NCBI GenBank assembly: GCA_002412965.1
Contig: DHWB01000004.1
Location: 457,047 to 521,046 of the forward strand
Direction of reading: 5' to 3'
Origin: Desulfomicrobium sp. UBA5193
Lineage (GTDB): Bacteria; Desulfobacterota; Desulfovibrionia; Desulfovibrionales; Desulfomicrobiaceae
DNA: 64,000 nt
The notes below the pieces were generated by a model. The model did not search any database and had not been told where the DNA came from. It saw only the letters and a list, made by a program, of their open reading frames with translations. Positions 18,837 to 27,293 of this stretch are shown in pieces. The position numbers and the translations under genes are program-made. Within the stretch, counting starts at the first letter, position 1. Each line of letters opens with the position of its first letter.

Positions 18837-20498
18837 TTAGGAAGCCAGGGTGGTGATGACGCCGGGCCGCATCTGGCAGCGGACGCGGATGTTTCGGCCT
18901 ATGGTGTAATGGCCTTCGACCATGTTGAAGGCATCGGCCTGGATGACCTGGATGTCACCTTCCTCGGCCGGGATGCCCTGGCGGTCCAGCTCGGCCCGCA
19001 GCATGGTGGTGGCGTCGTGTACGGCTTCTTCCAGGGTGTAGGTGCGCTTGACGGTTTTGTGGATGCCAAGGCCGGGCACGGTGAAGCTGCCGCGCGAAGT
19101 GTCCACGGTCAGGACCAGAGACTGGGTCGGCCGGGTCAGACAGGCTCCGATGGCGTTGGCCACCTGGGCGTACTGCGGCGCGACGACGGGCAGGCCGAAG
19201 GTTTCCTCCAGGAGCGGGGCCATGGCCTCGGCGGGGCCGCCGATGACCAGGATGCGCTTGGGCTGGACCGTGCGGTCCTCCAGAAGTTCCTGGATGGTGT
19301 AAACCGGGCGGGCGTTGATGGCCGCCAGGAAAGCGTGGACTTTCTTCTTCAGGATGTCCAAGGCCAGGCTGACGGCCTGTTCGGCGCATTCCCGGGCCGA
19401 AAGTCCCTGGGCCATGGCCACTTCCTTGATGCCCTTGGCCGAACGCTCCCGGTCTCCGAAGGAGGCGTGGCCCAGGACGTTCATGGCGTCCATCAGAGCA
19501 GGGGCGGGGCCACCAGCGGCCATGCACGGGCCGTGGCGGTCGGGGCCGATGCGCAGCTGTCCGCCTCGGGAACTGATGAAGGAATCTCCGCCGATGCCGA
19601 TGGACTCGACCTTGAGCGCCCGGACCAGGGTGGGATGATCGCAGATGGAGATGCCGTCGCGCTCCAGGAGCGGAATGCCGTCCAGCAGCACGGCCATGTC
19701 AGTGGTCGTTCCGCCGATGTCCAGGATCAGGGCGTCCTCGGCCGCCGGGACGGTGCTCAGGATGCCCATGACCGAAGCGGCCGGGCCCGAAAAAATGGAC
19801 TGGACCGGGATCTCGCGGGCGAGTTTCAGGGGCATGGTCCCGCCGTCGGCCTTGACGATGTTGATGTCGGCCTGAATGTTCAGATCGTGCAGGCTTTGCT
19901 CCAGGGCGTCGGCAAAGGCGTTGAAGGTCCGCCAGACGGCGGAATTGTAATAGACCGTGCTGACGCGGCGGCCGAAGTTCAGCCTCTCCGACACGCGGTG
20001 CCCTTGGGTCACGAAATCGGCCTGGGGAGCGAGGGCTTCGGCGATGGTGATTTCCTGCTCCGGGTTGCGGGTGCAGAACTTGCCCACCACCCCGTAGACC
20101 CGGATGCCTTCCTCCCGGCAGCGCGTGGCCATGGGCTTGATCTGGTCCACGCGCGCCTTGGCGGAGATGGACCCTCGATGGTCGACGCATCCGGCCAGCA
20201 CATGGTATTGGCTGCCGAGGGCGTAGGCGCCGGCATCGATGCCCGGACCGGGGATGACGAACATGCCCACCTTTTCGGTGCGCCCGGTGACGATGGCGTT
20301 GGTGGAGAGGGTGGTGCTCAGGTTGATGGTGCGGATTTCCGCGCCCTTGCAATCTTTCAGGATGGCGCACAGCACCTCGGAGATGGTCGCCAGCAGGTTG
20401 TCATGATCCGTGGGGACCTTGGCCATGGCTTCCACCCGGCCTTCCCGGATGCAGACGCCGTCAGTGTGGGTTCCTCCGACATCGATTCCGATAAGCAT
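18837..20498 (-). CDS. Hydantoinase/oxoprolinase family protein
   Basis: IGIDVGGTHTD, STTLSTNA, SGPAAS, DIGGTTTD, VANAIGA motifs; true start ATG at 20498. Confidence 0.92.
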   Translation of the reverse strand: MLIGIDVGGTHTDGVCIREGRVEAMAKVPTDHDNLLATISEVLCAILKDCKGAEIRTINLSTTLSTNAIVTGRTEKVGMFVIPGPGIDAGAYALGSQYHVLAGCVDHRGSISAKARVDQIKPMATRCREEGIRVYGVVGKFCTRNPEQEITIAEALAPQADFVTQGHRVSERLNFGRRVSTVYYNSAVWRTFNAFADALEQSLHDLNIQADINIVKADGGTMPLKLAREIPVQSIFSGPAASVMGILSTVPAAEDALILDIGGTTTDMAVLLDGIPLLERDGISICDHPTLVRALKVESIGIGGDSFISSRGGQLRIGPDRHGPCMAAGGPAPALMDAMNVLGHASFGDRERSAKGIKEVAMAQGLSARECAEQAVSLALDILKKKVHAFLAAINARPVYTIQELLEDRTVQPKRILVIGGPAEAMAPLLEETFGLPVVAPQYAQVANAIGACLTRPTQSLVLTVDTSRGSFTVPGLGIHKTVKRTYTLEEAVHDATTMLRAELDRQGIPAEEGDIQVIQADAFNMVEGHYTIGRNIRVRCQMRPGVITTLAS

Positions 20499-20753
20499 AA
20501 ATCCGATCCTTGGGGCTAACGTTTGGCCGTGACGGGTGCCGCGGCTCCCAGGTGTCTTCGGTGGTCTTGCTTTTTGTAAAGACCGCGTCGAGGGCTTCGG
20601 GCTTGTGTTTTTTCCAGGTATGCCGCACCTCGGGCCTGGGGTCGTGCGCGGCGCGGGCCGCAAAGGTGAAGAAACACAAGTTGCTTTTTCAAGTTGCATA
20701 TTTACCGGACTGCAGACGAAGCGCAAGCAGAATTCCGTAAACGGAGGGAAATC

Positions 20754-21548
20754 ATGGATAAACAGCTGGTGGACGGTTTTTTGGCCTGCGTGCGGGAGGC
20801 CGGAGGGGTGGTGCGCGCACAGTGGAATGATTCCAAGCAGATCACGTTCAAGGGGCGCATCGACCTGGTCACCCAGACCGATCTGGCCGTGGAACGCCTG
20901 CTGCTGAGCGGGCTGCCCGGACTGCTGCCCGGTTCGACGGTCCTGGCCGAGGAATCGCACGCCAGCCTAGATCCGGGAGACCTGGCCTGGATCGTGGACC
21001 CCGTGGACGGCACCACCAACTATGCCCACGGCCTGCCCATGGTCGCCGTGTCCGTGGCCCTGTGGAAGGCCGGGCGGGTGGAGATGGGCGCGGTCTATCT
21101 GCCGATGCTTGAGGAACTTTTCTGGGCCGTGCGCGGGCAGGGCGCTTTTCTGAACGGGGCGCCCATCGCCGTCAGCCGGGAGGGGACAATGCAAGCGGCA
21201 CTCATCGCCACTGGATTCCCGTATTCATTCCATACGGAGGTGGATCGGATCTGCGAGCGTTTGCGGCGCGTGCTGCTGGCGTCCCAGGGCATCCGGCGCA
21301 TGGGTTCGGCGGCCATCGACCTGGCCTACACGGCCTGCGGCAGGTTCGAAGGCTATTACGAGACCGGCCTCAAGCCATGGGACACGGCCGCGGGCTGGCT
21401 GCTGGTGGAGGAGGCCGGAGGCCGGGTCAGCGCTCTGAACGGCGGCTACGCTTTGGGCGAGCACATGATCGTGGCCACCAACGGGGCCATTCATGAGGAC
21501 TTGCTTGCCCTGCTTCATCTGGAGGGCACAGCGGACTCCATCCCGTGA
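20754..21548 (+). CDS. Inositol monophosphatase family protein (SuhB-like)
   Basis: DLVT..D, WIVDPVDGTTNY, RRMGSAA, WDTAAG motifs; GGAGG RBS. Confidence 0.93.
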   Translation: MDKQLVDGFLACVREAGGVVRAQWNDSKQITFKGRIDLVTQTDLAVERLLLSGLPGLLPGSTVLAEESHASLDPGDLAWIVDPVDGTTNYAHGLPMVAVSVALWKAGRVEMGAVYLPMLEELFWAVRGQGAFLNGAPIAVSREGTMQAALIATGFPYSFHTEVDRICERLRRVLLASQGIRRMGSAAIDLAYTACGRFEGYYETGLKPWDTAAGWLLVEEAGGRVSALNGGYALGEHMIVATNGAIHEDLLALLHLEGTADSIP

Positions 21549-21758
21549 TCAGATGCTCATTTTCAGGCAGGAAGCCAGGGGCACGAGGTCTCCCTTGGAA
21601 TTATAGATCGTACCGTTCTCTTCGACCTCTGCGCACGTATCGGTTTGATACGGGGTCTGGTTCATCCGCTGTTTCTTCTTCTTATGACCCAGATCCCAGG
21701 ATTGCTGTCCTTCCCGTCTTTGTCCCTGGGCCTGCGGTTTGTCCACGCGTAAGCTCAT
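21549..21758 (-). CDS. Small hypothetical protein, 69 aa, putatively sigma28-controlled
   Basis: AGGAGG RBS before the ATG; upstream sigma28-type promoter. Confidence 0.6.
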   Translation of the reverse strand: MSLRVDKPQAQGQRREGQQSWDLGHKKKKQRMNQTPYQTDTCAEVEENGTIYNSKGDLVPLASCLKMSI

Positions 21759-21826
21759 CTTCGCCTCCTTGGCCTTCCCTGGCCGCGGGTTGTTGCGTCA
21801 AACAGGGCGTCCATGCCCTGTACCAT

Positions 21827-21853
21827 GTATCGGCCGATTCGCAAAAAACTTGA
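21827..21853 (-). promoter_or_regulatory. Sigma28 (FliA)-type promoter
   Basis: TCAAG-N14-GCCGATAC on the minus strand. Confidence 0.75.
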
Positions 21854-21875
21854 GCGGGCGCGCCCTGAAGATGTG

Positions 21876-21907
21876 AAAAGGCCCCGGATGCAAGCACCCG
21901 GGGCCTT
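21876..21907 (-). terminator. Intrinsic terminator after the 94-aa gene
   Basis: aaggccccgg...ccggggcctt stem with T-run on the minus strand. Confidence 0.7.
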
Positions 21908-21949
21908 ATTGCGGAGGAGTTCCTCGCAATGAGCGTCATGTCCAATCCG

Positions 21950-22234
21950 TCATGCCAGACTGTCGAGGAGGGTGCCCCGGCCCGTGTACGCGGGCATGAG
22001 CACATCCGTCTGGAACGTGTACGAGTTCTGGGGTTGATAGCGGTTGGTGTTCGTGTTCATGTAGTCGAGGGTTGTGCTGACCAGGGACGCATCGAATGTC
22101 TCCTTGTCAAAGGGCGCTGCATTCGAGGCCCCGCCGCCGTGCATGTACTCAATGGTCTTTCCGACCACGGCGGCTCCGAAGGTCTGTTTGTCGTAGATCT
22201 GGGAACTGTTCCCGGCGATGCCTTGAATATCCAT
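21950..22234 (-). CDS. Small hypothetical protein, 94 aa, with internal repeat; putatively sigma28-controlled
   Basis: GGGAGGAG RBS; repeat DKQTFGAAVVGKTIEYM / DKETFDASLVSTTLDYM; C-terminal GRGTLLDSLA. Confidence 0.75.
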   Translation of the reverse strand: MDIQGIAGNSSQIYDKQTFGAAVVGKTIEYMHGGGASNAAPFDKETFDASLVSTTLDYMNTNTNRYQPQNSYTFQTDVLMPAYTGRGTLLDSLA

Positions 22235-22272
22235 AACTCCTCCCTTTTGAAGGACACGACGCCTAATCGAAT

Positions 22273-22300
22273 GTATCGGCAGGAATAGCGTAAAACTTGA
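22273..22300 (-). promoter_or_regulatory. Sigma28 (FliA)-type promoter
   Basis: TCAAG-N15-GCCGATAC on the minus strand. Confidence 0.75.
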
Positions 22301-22356
22301 GGAAGTGAAAGGAAAGTCGGTGGAAGCCGGGGAATTTCATCAGGAATCGGGAGACC

Positions 22357-23202
22357 TCAGGAAGCGAACCAGCGCAGTCCCGGCATGCCGGACAACAGGC
22401 CCTGGCGGGTGCAGTGTTCGCCGAAGAGGGCGAGCCCGGCCTGTTCATGGGGACCCAATTCGTAGCCCATGGCCCGCCAATATCGGAGCAGGTCCGGGCT
22501 GGTCAGCCAGTCGGGTCGGTCTGGCAGGCGGGACAGGGCGTCGAAGTGGGCGTCAAGGCTTGCGGTGATGGCGCCGATCTGTTCCTGCAGGCGCTGGAGC
22601 AGGCGGCGCGTGGGCGCGGACAGGCCGCGGCGCACGATCCAGACCGCGAAGACAAAGGGCAGCCCTGTCCAGGACGACCATTGCGTGGCCAGATCGTAAA
22701 TATGGTAGTCGGCTGGCGGATGCACGAAATGGCGCAGGGCCAGGTTGCCGATTTCAAGGAACGGCCGCCCTGTGGCAAGGCCGGAGCCGGGTTCGACCTC
22801 CTGCCACTGCGCTTCGGGCAGGCCCCATTTTTGGGACCAGAGCACTTTCAAGAGGGCCGTGGACGTGGCCGAAGCCCCTGTCAGGCAGACCGGGCCGGGA
22901 TGGCGGGCCAGCCAGGCGGGCAACTCGTCCAGGGGGGCCGGAGAAAGAAAGAGGACGCTTTGGACTTCGGCCTGCGCGCAGATGGAGGCGCCGGGCAGCA
23001 GTTCATAGCGTTCGGCGTGGAGCAGGTACTCGAACGAGGAGGACGGGGAGATGTCCAGCCCGCCTGTGGCCAGGGCGTTGTTCAGCTGGCTGGGATGGCC
23101 GGGTTGATAATGAAAATCGGGACCTTCCGGGCACATGTCCGCCAAGAGATGGAAGATATGCCACATGTTGAGGTAGTCGATTCTGCCGATGTGAAGTGTC
23201 AT
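22357..23202 (-). CDS. mqnA: Chorismate dehydratase / menaquinone futalosine pathway protein
   Basis: IGRIDYLN, SS.EY, V.SV, SATS, IGN.AL, DL...W..WTGLPFVFAVW motifs. Confidence 0.85.
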   Translation of the reverse strand: MTLHIGRIDYLNMWHIFHLLADMCPEGPDFHYQPGHPSQLNNALATGGLDISPSSSFEYLLHAERYELLPGASICAQAEVQSVLFLSPAPLDELPAWLARHPGPVCLTGASATSTALLKVLWSQKWGLPEAQWQEVEPGSGLATGRPFLEIGNLALRHFVHPPADYHIYDLATQWSSWTGLPFVFAVWIVRRGLSAPTRRLLQRLQEQIGAITASLDAHFDALSRLPDRPDWLTSPDLLRYWRAMGYELGPHEQAGLALFGEHCTRQGLLSGMPGLRWFAS

Positions 23203-23210
23203 GGTGCATG

Positions 23211-23235
23211 AAAAAGGCGGGGCTGACCCCGCCTT
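23211..23235 (-). terminator. Terminator after adk
   Basis: aaggcgggg-ctga-ccccgcctt with U-run on the minus strand. Confidence 0.7.
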
Positions 23236-23261
23236 CCTCGTTCTTCAAATGTGCGTGCGGC

Positions 23262-23930
23262 TTACAGCTGAGCCATAAGGGTGGCGCGGATGTCGTCGAT
23301 GGAGCCTTCGCCGTCCAGTTCAATGTACTTGAAGCCAGCTTCCTTGGCCAAGTTCTTGTAATAGTAGGAAGCTGCCAGGGTGCCGGTGGTCGCGTCGTAG
23401 TAGATGTTGTGACGCTTGTCGATGGCGTCCTCATCCTGGTCATCGGCGCGGGCGGTCAGTTCGCCGCCGCAGACGCGGCATACGTCGCCGTTTGGCTTGA
23501 TGGCGTCGATGAAGATGTTGTTGGGATGGTTGTTGTCGTTCTTGCAGAGGCGGCGGCCCATGATGCGGTTCTTGGCCACTTCGCGGGGCAGGAGGATTTC
23601 AATGACGAAGTCCAGCTTGACGCCATCGGCCTGCAGTGCTTCCCACAACTTCTGGGCCTGCACGATGGAGCGGGGAAAGCCGTCCAGCAGCCAGCCATTG
23701 GGGCTGGAGTTCTTCAGCACGTCGAGGACCATGGGGATGGTGATGTCGTCAGGAACGAGTTCGCCACGATCGATGAAGGCCTTGGCCTTCATGCCCAGTT
23801 CGGTGCCGCCGCCGATGTGCTTGCGGAAGATCGCACCGGACTCGATGTGATCCAGGTCATACTTCTTCTTCGCCAGGGAGCCCTGGGTTCCCTTGCCACT
23901 GCCGTTGGGTCCGAAAATCAGAATATTCAA
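23262..23930 (-). CDS. adk: Adenylate kinase (metal-binding LID type)
   Basis: GPNGSGKGTQ P-loop, LLDGFPR, LID C..H..CxxC; TTG start with GGAGG RBS. Confidence 0.96.
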   Translation of the reverse strand: MNILIFGPNGSGKGTQGSLAKKKYDLDHIESGAIFRKHIGGGTELGMKAKAFIDRGELVPDDITIPMVLDVLKNSSPNGWLLDGFPRSIVQAQKLWEALQADGVKLDFVIEILLPREVAKNRIMGRRLCKNDNNHPNNIFIDAIKPNGDVCRVCGGELTARADDQDEDAIDKRHNIYYDATTGTLAASYYYKNLAKEAGFKYIELDGEGSIDDIRATLMAQL

Positions 23931-23942
23931 GGCGTAAACCTC

Positions 23943-23960
23943 CTGTAAAAAATTTCACAA
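23943..23960. promoter_or_regulatory. Rex operator-like palindrome abutting the adk RBS
   Basis: Minus strand TTGTGAAATTTTTTACAG versus the Rex consensus TTGTGAA-N4-TTCACAA. Confidence 0.75.
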
Positions 23961-24071
23961 AGTACTATAGCCAGCCCTGAGACCTGTCAATGAAAGATCG
24001 GAAGCGCTCTTGTCAGGCGTGATGGGCACGGGTAGGGTTGGTGCAAATCCATAACGATCGGGGGAGTGCGC

Positions 24072-24872
24072 ATGGGAATTTTGGACGAATGGGGCGACGC
24101 TCTCGTGGAGGAAGGCCTGCGCGAGGCGGCTGATACCTTTTTTGGCGTGCGCAAGGCCCTGGATGAAGAGATCGCCTATTTCGAGACCCAGGCGGCCAAG
24201 CTCAAAACCCAGGCCGAGGAGATCCGGTCCTGGTTCGCGGGCCTGAACTGTCTGCTTGGGTCCCAGCCCAACAGCCGTCTTCTTTTCGACGCTCTGGGCG
24301 TCACTCTGGATGACCCCACCCTTTACACGCATCTGGTCTGCAGCCTGCAGTTTCGACGGCCGCGCAGTTTCACCCGCAAGGGCCTTTTCGGCAAGACCGT
24401 GTGGGAGGTTTACGAGCCGTTGGCCCGCATGATTCAGGCCTACATGCATGGCGACCACTATTCCGATCCCCTCCTGCCGGGCCGGGTGCTGGTCAGCGTG
24501 CATCATGAACAGCTGCGCAAACATTGCGAGGAGATCAACGCGCGCATCGCCCGCGTCAATGAATCCAACCGCCCTTCCGAATCCCTGGGCTTTGCCAAGC
24601 GTTTGGACCAGACCCAGGTCTTCAAGGAGTCGGTCACGGGCGGAGGGGGCCAGACCTGGAATCTGGACAAGGACATGGCCTTTGCGCCGCTTGATTTCGA
24701 TGCCTTCAAGTTGCCCGCGTTTCCGGATCTGCCGGTGGACAATCGGGCCCAGTCCGCTTTGCAGGCTTGTTGCGGGCGGATTTTCGACCGTGAGCGCAGT
24801 CGTGTCGATGCCATCATGGAAGAAGTCTTCGATCCCGCCGACAAGAAGGTCTGCATCCTGGACCGCAACTAG
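24072..24872 (+). CDS. Hypothetical protein
   Basis: Long ORF with GC3-rich coding pattern and GGGGAG RBS; no recognisable motif; start 24066 or 24072. Confidence 0.75.
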   Translation: MGILDEWGDALVEEGLREAADTFFGVRKALDEEIAYFETQAAKLKTQAEEIRSWFAGLNCLLGSQPNSRLLFDALGVTLDDPTLYTHLVCSLQFRRPRSFTRKGLFGKTVWEVYEPLARMIQAYMHGDHYSDPLLPGRVLVSVHHEQLRKHCEEINARIARVNESNRPSESLGFAKRLDQTQVFKESVTGGGGQTWNLDKDMAFAPLDFDAFKLPAFPDLPVDNRAQSALQACCGRIFDRERSRVDAIMEEVFDPADKKVCILDRN

Positions 24873-25163
24873 GCTCTGCGCCGGCCTTGTGCTTGATGGA
24901 TCCGCTGAACGAGCGCAAGGCGGACACCCCTCTGTATCTGTCCGCGGCGCGGCGTTTTTCGGACACGTTTGGAGAGCGGGTGGTGAACAAGATGGCCGCT
25001 CCGGGCTCCGGTCTGCAAAGCAGCCTGAAAGCCTGCCCTGTACCTTGTGCCAAGAGCAACGGACGAAACCGGGTGGAGCCTCTGATGCCTCGTCAGCGCA
25101 TGGACCGTTTGCGGTAACAAAATGGGCGGATGACCCCTCTTTTCCATTCACGGCGCAAGTGAT

Positions 25164-26777
25164 TCAAGAGACCGACTTGGCGGGAGGCTGGGGCAGAAGG
25201 ATTGGTCCCGGGCAAAATGGGTCGCGATCCTTGGCGATGTCTAGGCCCAGGCCTGAAACTACCGCCGGACAACCGCCGCATGTCGCCACGATGGAGCATT
25301 CCCGGCAGGCTTCGCTTCGGGTACGGTAACTGACGGCTGCTTGCCCGTCGTAAATTTCGCCCAGAGATGCGGTTGAAATGTTTCCGATAAGAGAAGGAAA
25401 TTTTCGGCAGGCATGCACTTCCCCGTCCGGGAGCAAGGCCATGAAATTAAAAGCTGCTCCACAGCCGAATCCGGTGCAGCCCCCGAATTGTGGCTTTCCT
25501 GTGGCTGCCAAATGAGCATTGAGTATGTTGTCCTTGAAAGACAATACACTGAGCCGTGAGGCGCCCTCGCAATACCTTGCCGCAAACTCTTGAAATTTCT
25601 CGGGATCGGGCAGGGCAAGAGCAGCTCCTCTTCCCACTGGCGAGAGCCGGTTGAAGGCTAGGCCCCAGACTTTCCCTTCCAATAATTCCGCCAAGGGCAG
25701 TACCTGGTTCATGTTATCCCGCGTCAGAGTAAGCATGACCTGCCCTTGGATATCGACAGCCCGCAATACCTCAAGAAAGTTCATGACGCGCTGGAAATGC
25801 CCATGACCGCGGATGGAATCGTTGTGTTCGGGTAATCCTTCCAGGCTGACCTGAAAGTATTCCGGCCGGGCGATTTTCAGGATCGAGTCCATCATTTCCC
25901 TGGTGGTCGGATTTCCGAGGATGGCCACGGCGAAACCCTTCCGGGCTGCCCGCTCGTAGACTTCCAGAAATCCGGGGTAGAGCAGGGGATTTCCTCCGGA
26001 AAAACTTATCTGCCCGCGAACGTGCCGATCCCGGCAAAAAGAATGGAAATCATCGATCACATCCAGAGCCTTGTCCACGGCCATATTCGATCGGGCGCTG
26101 CGGTCGTAGCAATGACGACAAAACAGGTCGCAATCCTGGGTGATATGCCACTGCAGGGTGAAGACTTCCGCGCTGAGATGTTTTTCCGGGATGGAAAGGC
26201 TGTCGGAAAAATCCTGGCGCTTGCGTCGTATGAGTGATGCGGGAGAAAGGAGAATGCCTTTGCCCAAGGCTCTTCGGAGAAGGATATCGACAAGGCCGGG
26301 CGTAACGTTGGCTTCTGTTTCCGCGTTCGAGGGATCCACCCCATCCGTGATAATTTTGATTGCGGCGAGATCTTCAGGCTTTGCTACCGCGACATTAACT
26401 TTTTGCATGCCTCTATTTTTCCACACCATGATAATTTCTTGATCGGGCACAGAACATATATTTGTGTCGAGGCCGTGAATGACGTCAACACATCCAGAAG
26501 TATGCAGCACACATAACTCAAGGCTCTGATTCACAACAATGCCTTCACGTGGTCCTGGTAGAAAAACCATCTTTGACGCAACTTTCTCCATTGCAAGTTC
26601 CAATGCACAGATATCCGGGAGAAAGAAAGGGGCCAACCCTTCCCGCGAAATCTCCGCAATAGCCGTGAGGAGCATTGCTGCACTCTTGCTGTGGGCTGTC
26701 TCAAGAATGGAGAGTGTTTCCGCATCGAGAAATGATGCTGTCACTGGATAAAGCGTATGCAGTGGCGCTTGATTCAT
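25164..26777 (-). CDS. sbtM: Radical SAM/SPASM peptide maturase, selenobiotic / thio(seleno)oxazole SbtM family
   Basis: FTLQWHITQDCDLFCRHCYDRS (CxxxCxxC), GGCTGFGCGAAFNF...HACRKFPS, CxxCxxxxxCGGC SPASM; long N-terminal extension; adjacent precursor gene. Confidence 0.88.
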   Translation of the reverse strand: MNQAPLHTLYPVTASFLDAETLSILETAHSKSAAMLLTAIAEISREGLAPFFLPDICALELAMEKVASKMVFLPGPREGIVVNQSLELCVLHTSGCVDVIHGLDTNICSVPDQEIIMVWKNRGMQKVNVAVAKPEDLAAIKIITDGVDPSNAETEANVTPGLVDILLRRALGKGILLSPASLIRRKRQDFSDSLSIPEKHLSAEVFTLQWHITQDCDLFCRHCYDRSARSNMAVDKALDVIDDFHSFCRDRHVRGQISFSGGNPLLYPGFLEVYERAARKGFAVAILGNPTTREMMDSILKIARPEYFQVSLEGLPEHNDSIRGHGHFQRVMNFLEVLRAVDIQGQVMLTLTRDNMNQVLPLAELLEGKVWGLAFNRLSPVGRGAALALPDPEKFQEFAARYCEGASRLSVLSFKDNILNAHLAATGKPQFGGCTGFGCGAAFNFMALLPDGEVHACRKFPSLIGNISTASLGEIYDGQAAVSYRTRSEACRECSIVATCGGCPAVVSGLGLDIAKDRDPFCPGPILLPQPPAKSVS

Positions 26778-26871
26778 GGTCTTTCCTGTAAAATTGTCAT
26801 AACAATATGGTCTAACAGGATATTCTGGATTTCATCAATAAAAGATGGCAAATGATGGCACTGTAAAAGTC

Positions 26872-26952
26872 GTCAATCCCATTGAGGAAAGGGATCCATG
26901 CCTTTTTAACTATCTGAAAGGATGGATTTATTCCCACCTTCGCGGGAATGAC
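26872..26952. repeat. Degenerate REP-like inverted pair
   Basis: gtcaatccc...gggatcca followed by tggat..attccc-N8-gggaatgac. Confidence 0.45.
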
Positions 26953-26996
26953 TGGTCGCGTTTCTCACGATTATTTGCAGTGATCTCAATAAACAC

Positions 26997-27020
26997 AGGG
27001 GGAGCCATGCAGCTCCCCCT
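26997..27020 (-). terminator. Stem-loop between the precursor and maturase genes
   Basis: agggggagc-catgca-gctccccct perfect 9-bp stem about 20 nt after the precursor stop. Confidence 0.7.
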
Positions 27021-27041
27021 TATTTCTCAAATGATACGGTG

Positions 27042-27293
27042 TTACTGCTTCTTGGGTGTATCGGTGCTCCCGGCACCGGTTTTTGCTCCACCACCTCAGC
27101 CACTCCCACCGGGAGCAGGTTTTGTGGAATTCCCATCCGTTGCATTTCCATCGCTGCCACCGGCAGCGGGCTTTGAACTCCCACCTCAGCCGCTCCCGGA
27201 AGCCACTGCGTTGACTACACCTGCCGAGGCACTGGCCAAAAGTGCCGCAAGGCAGCAGCCAGCCAGAACTTTTTTCAAATCATTTGTGTCCAT
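27042..27293 (-). CDS. sbtA: Selenocysteine-containing RiPP precursor (SbtA/selenobiotic family), 83 aa, two in-frame UGA codons
   Basis: Hand translation MDTNDLKKVLAGCCLAALLASASAGVVNAVASGSGUGGSSKPAAGGSDGNATDGNSTKPAPGGSGUGGGAKTGAGSTDTPKKQ*; AAGGAG RBS; UGA at 27186-27188 and 27096-27098. Confidence 0.87.
27062..27078 (-). promoter_or_regulatory. Putative SECIS hairpin for the second UGA
   Basis: CGGUGC-CGGGA-GCACCG beginning 18 nt 3' of the UGA. Confidence 0.6.
27152..27168 (-). promoter_or_regulatory. Putative SECIS hairpin for the first UGA
   Basis: CGCUGCC-GGU-GGCAGCG beginning 18 nt 3' of the UGA. Confidence 0.65.

Noticed and set aside
20499..20960. N-terminal extension of the 707-aa hydantoinase ORF
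   Set aside because: Family similarity begins at MLIGIDVGGT (20498); the extension overlaps the divergent inositol monophosphatase gene
24869..25151. Short ORFs between the hypothetical gene and the sbtM end
   Set aside because: No convincing RBS, motif or coding pattern in any frame
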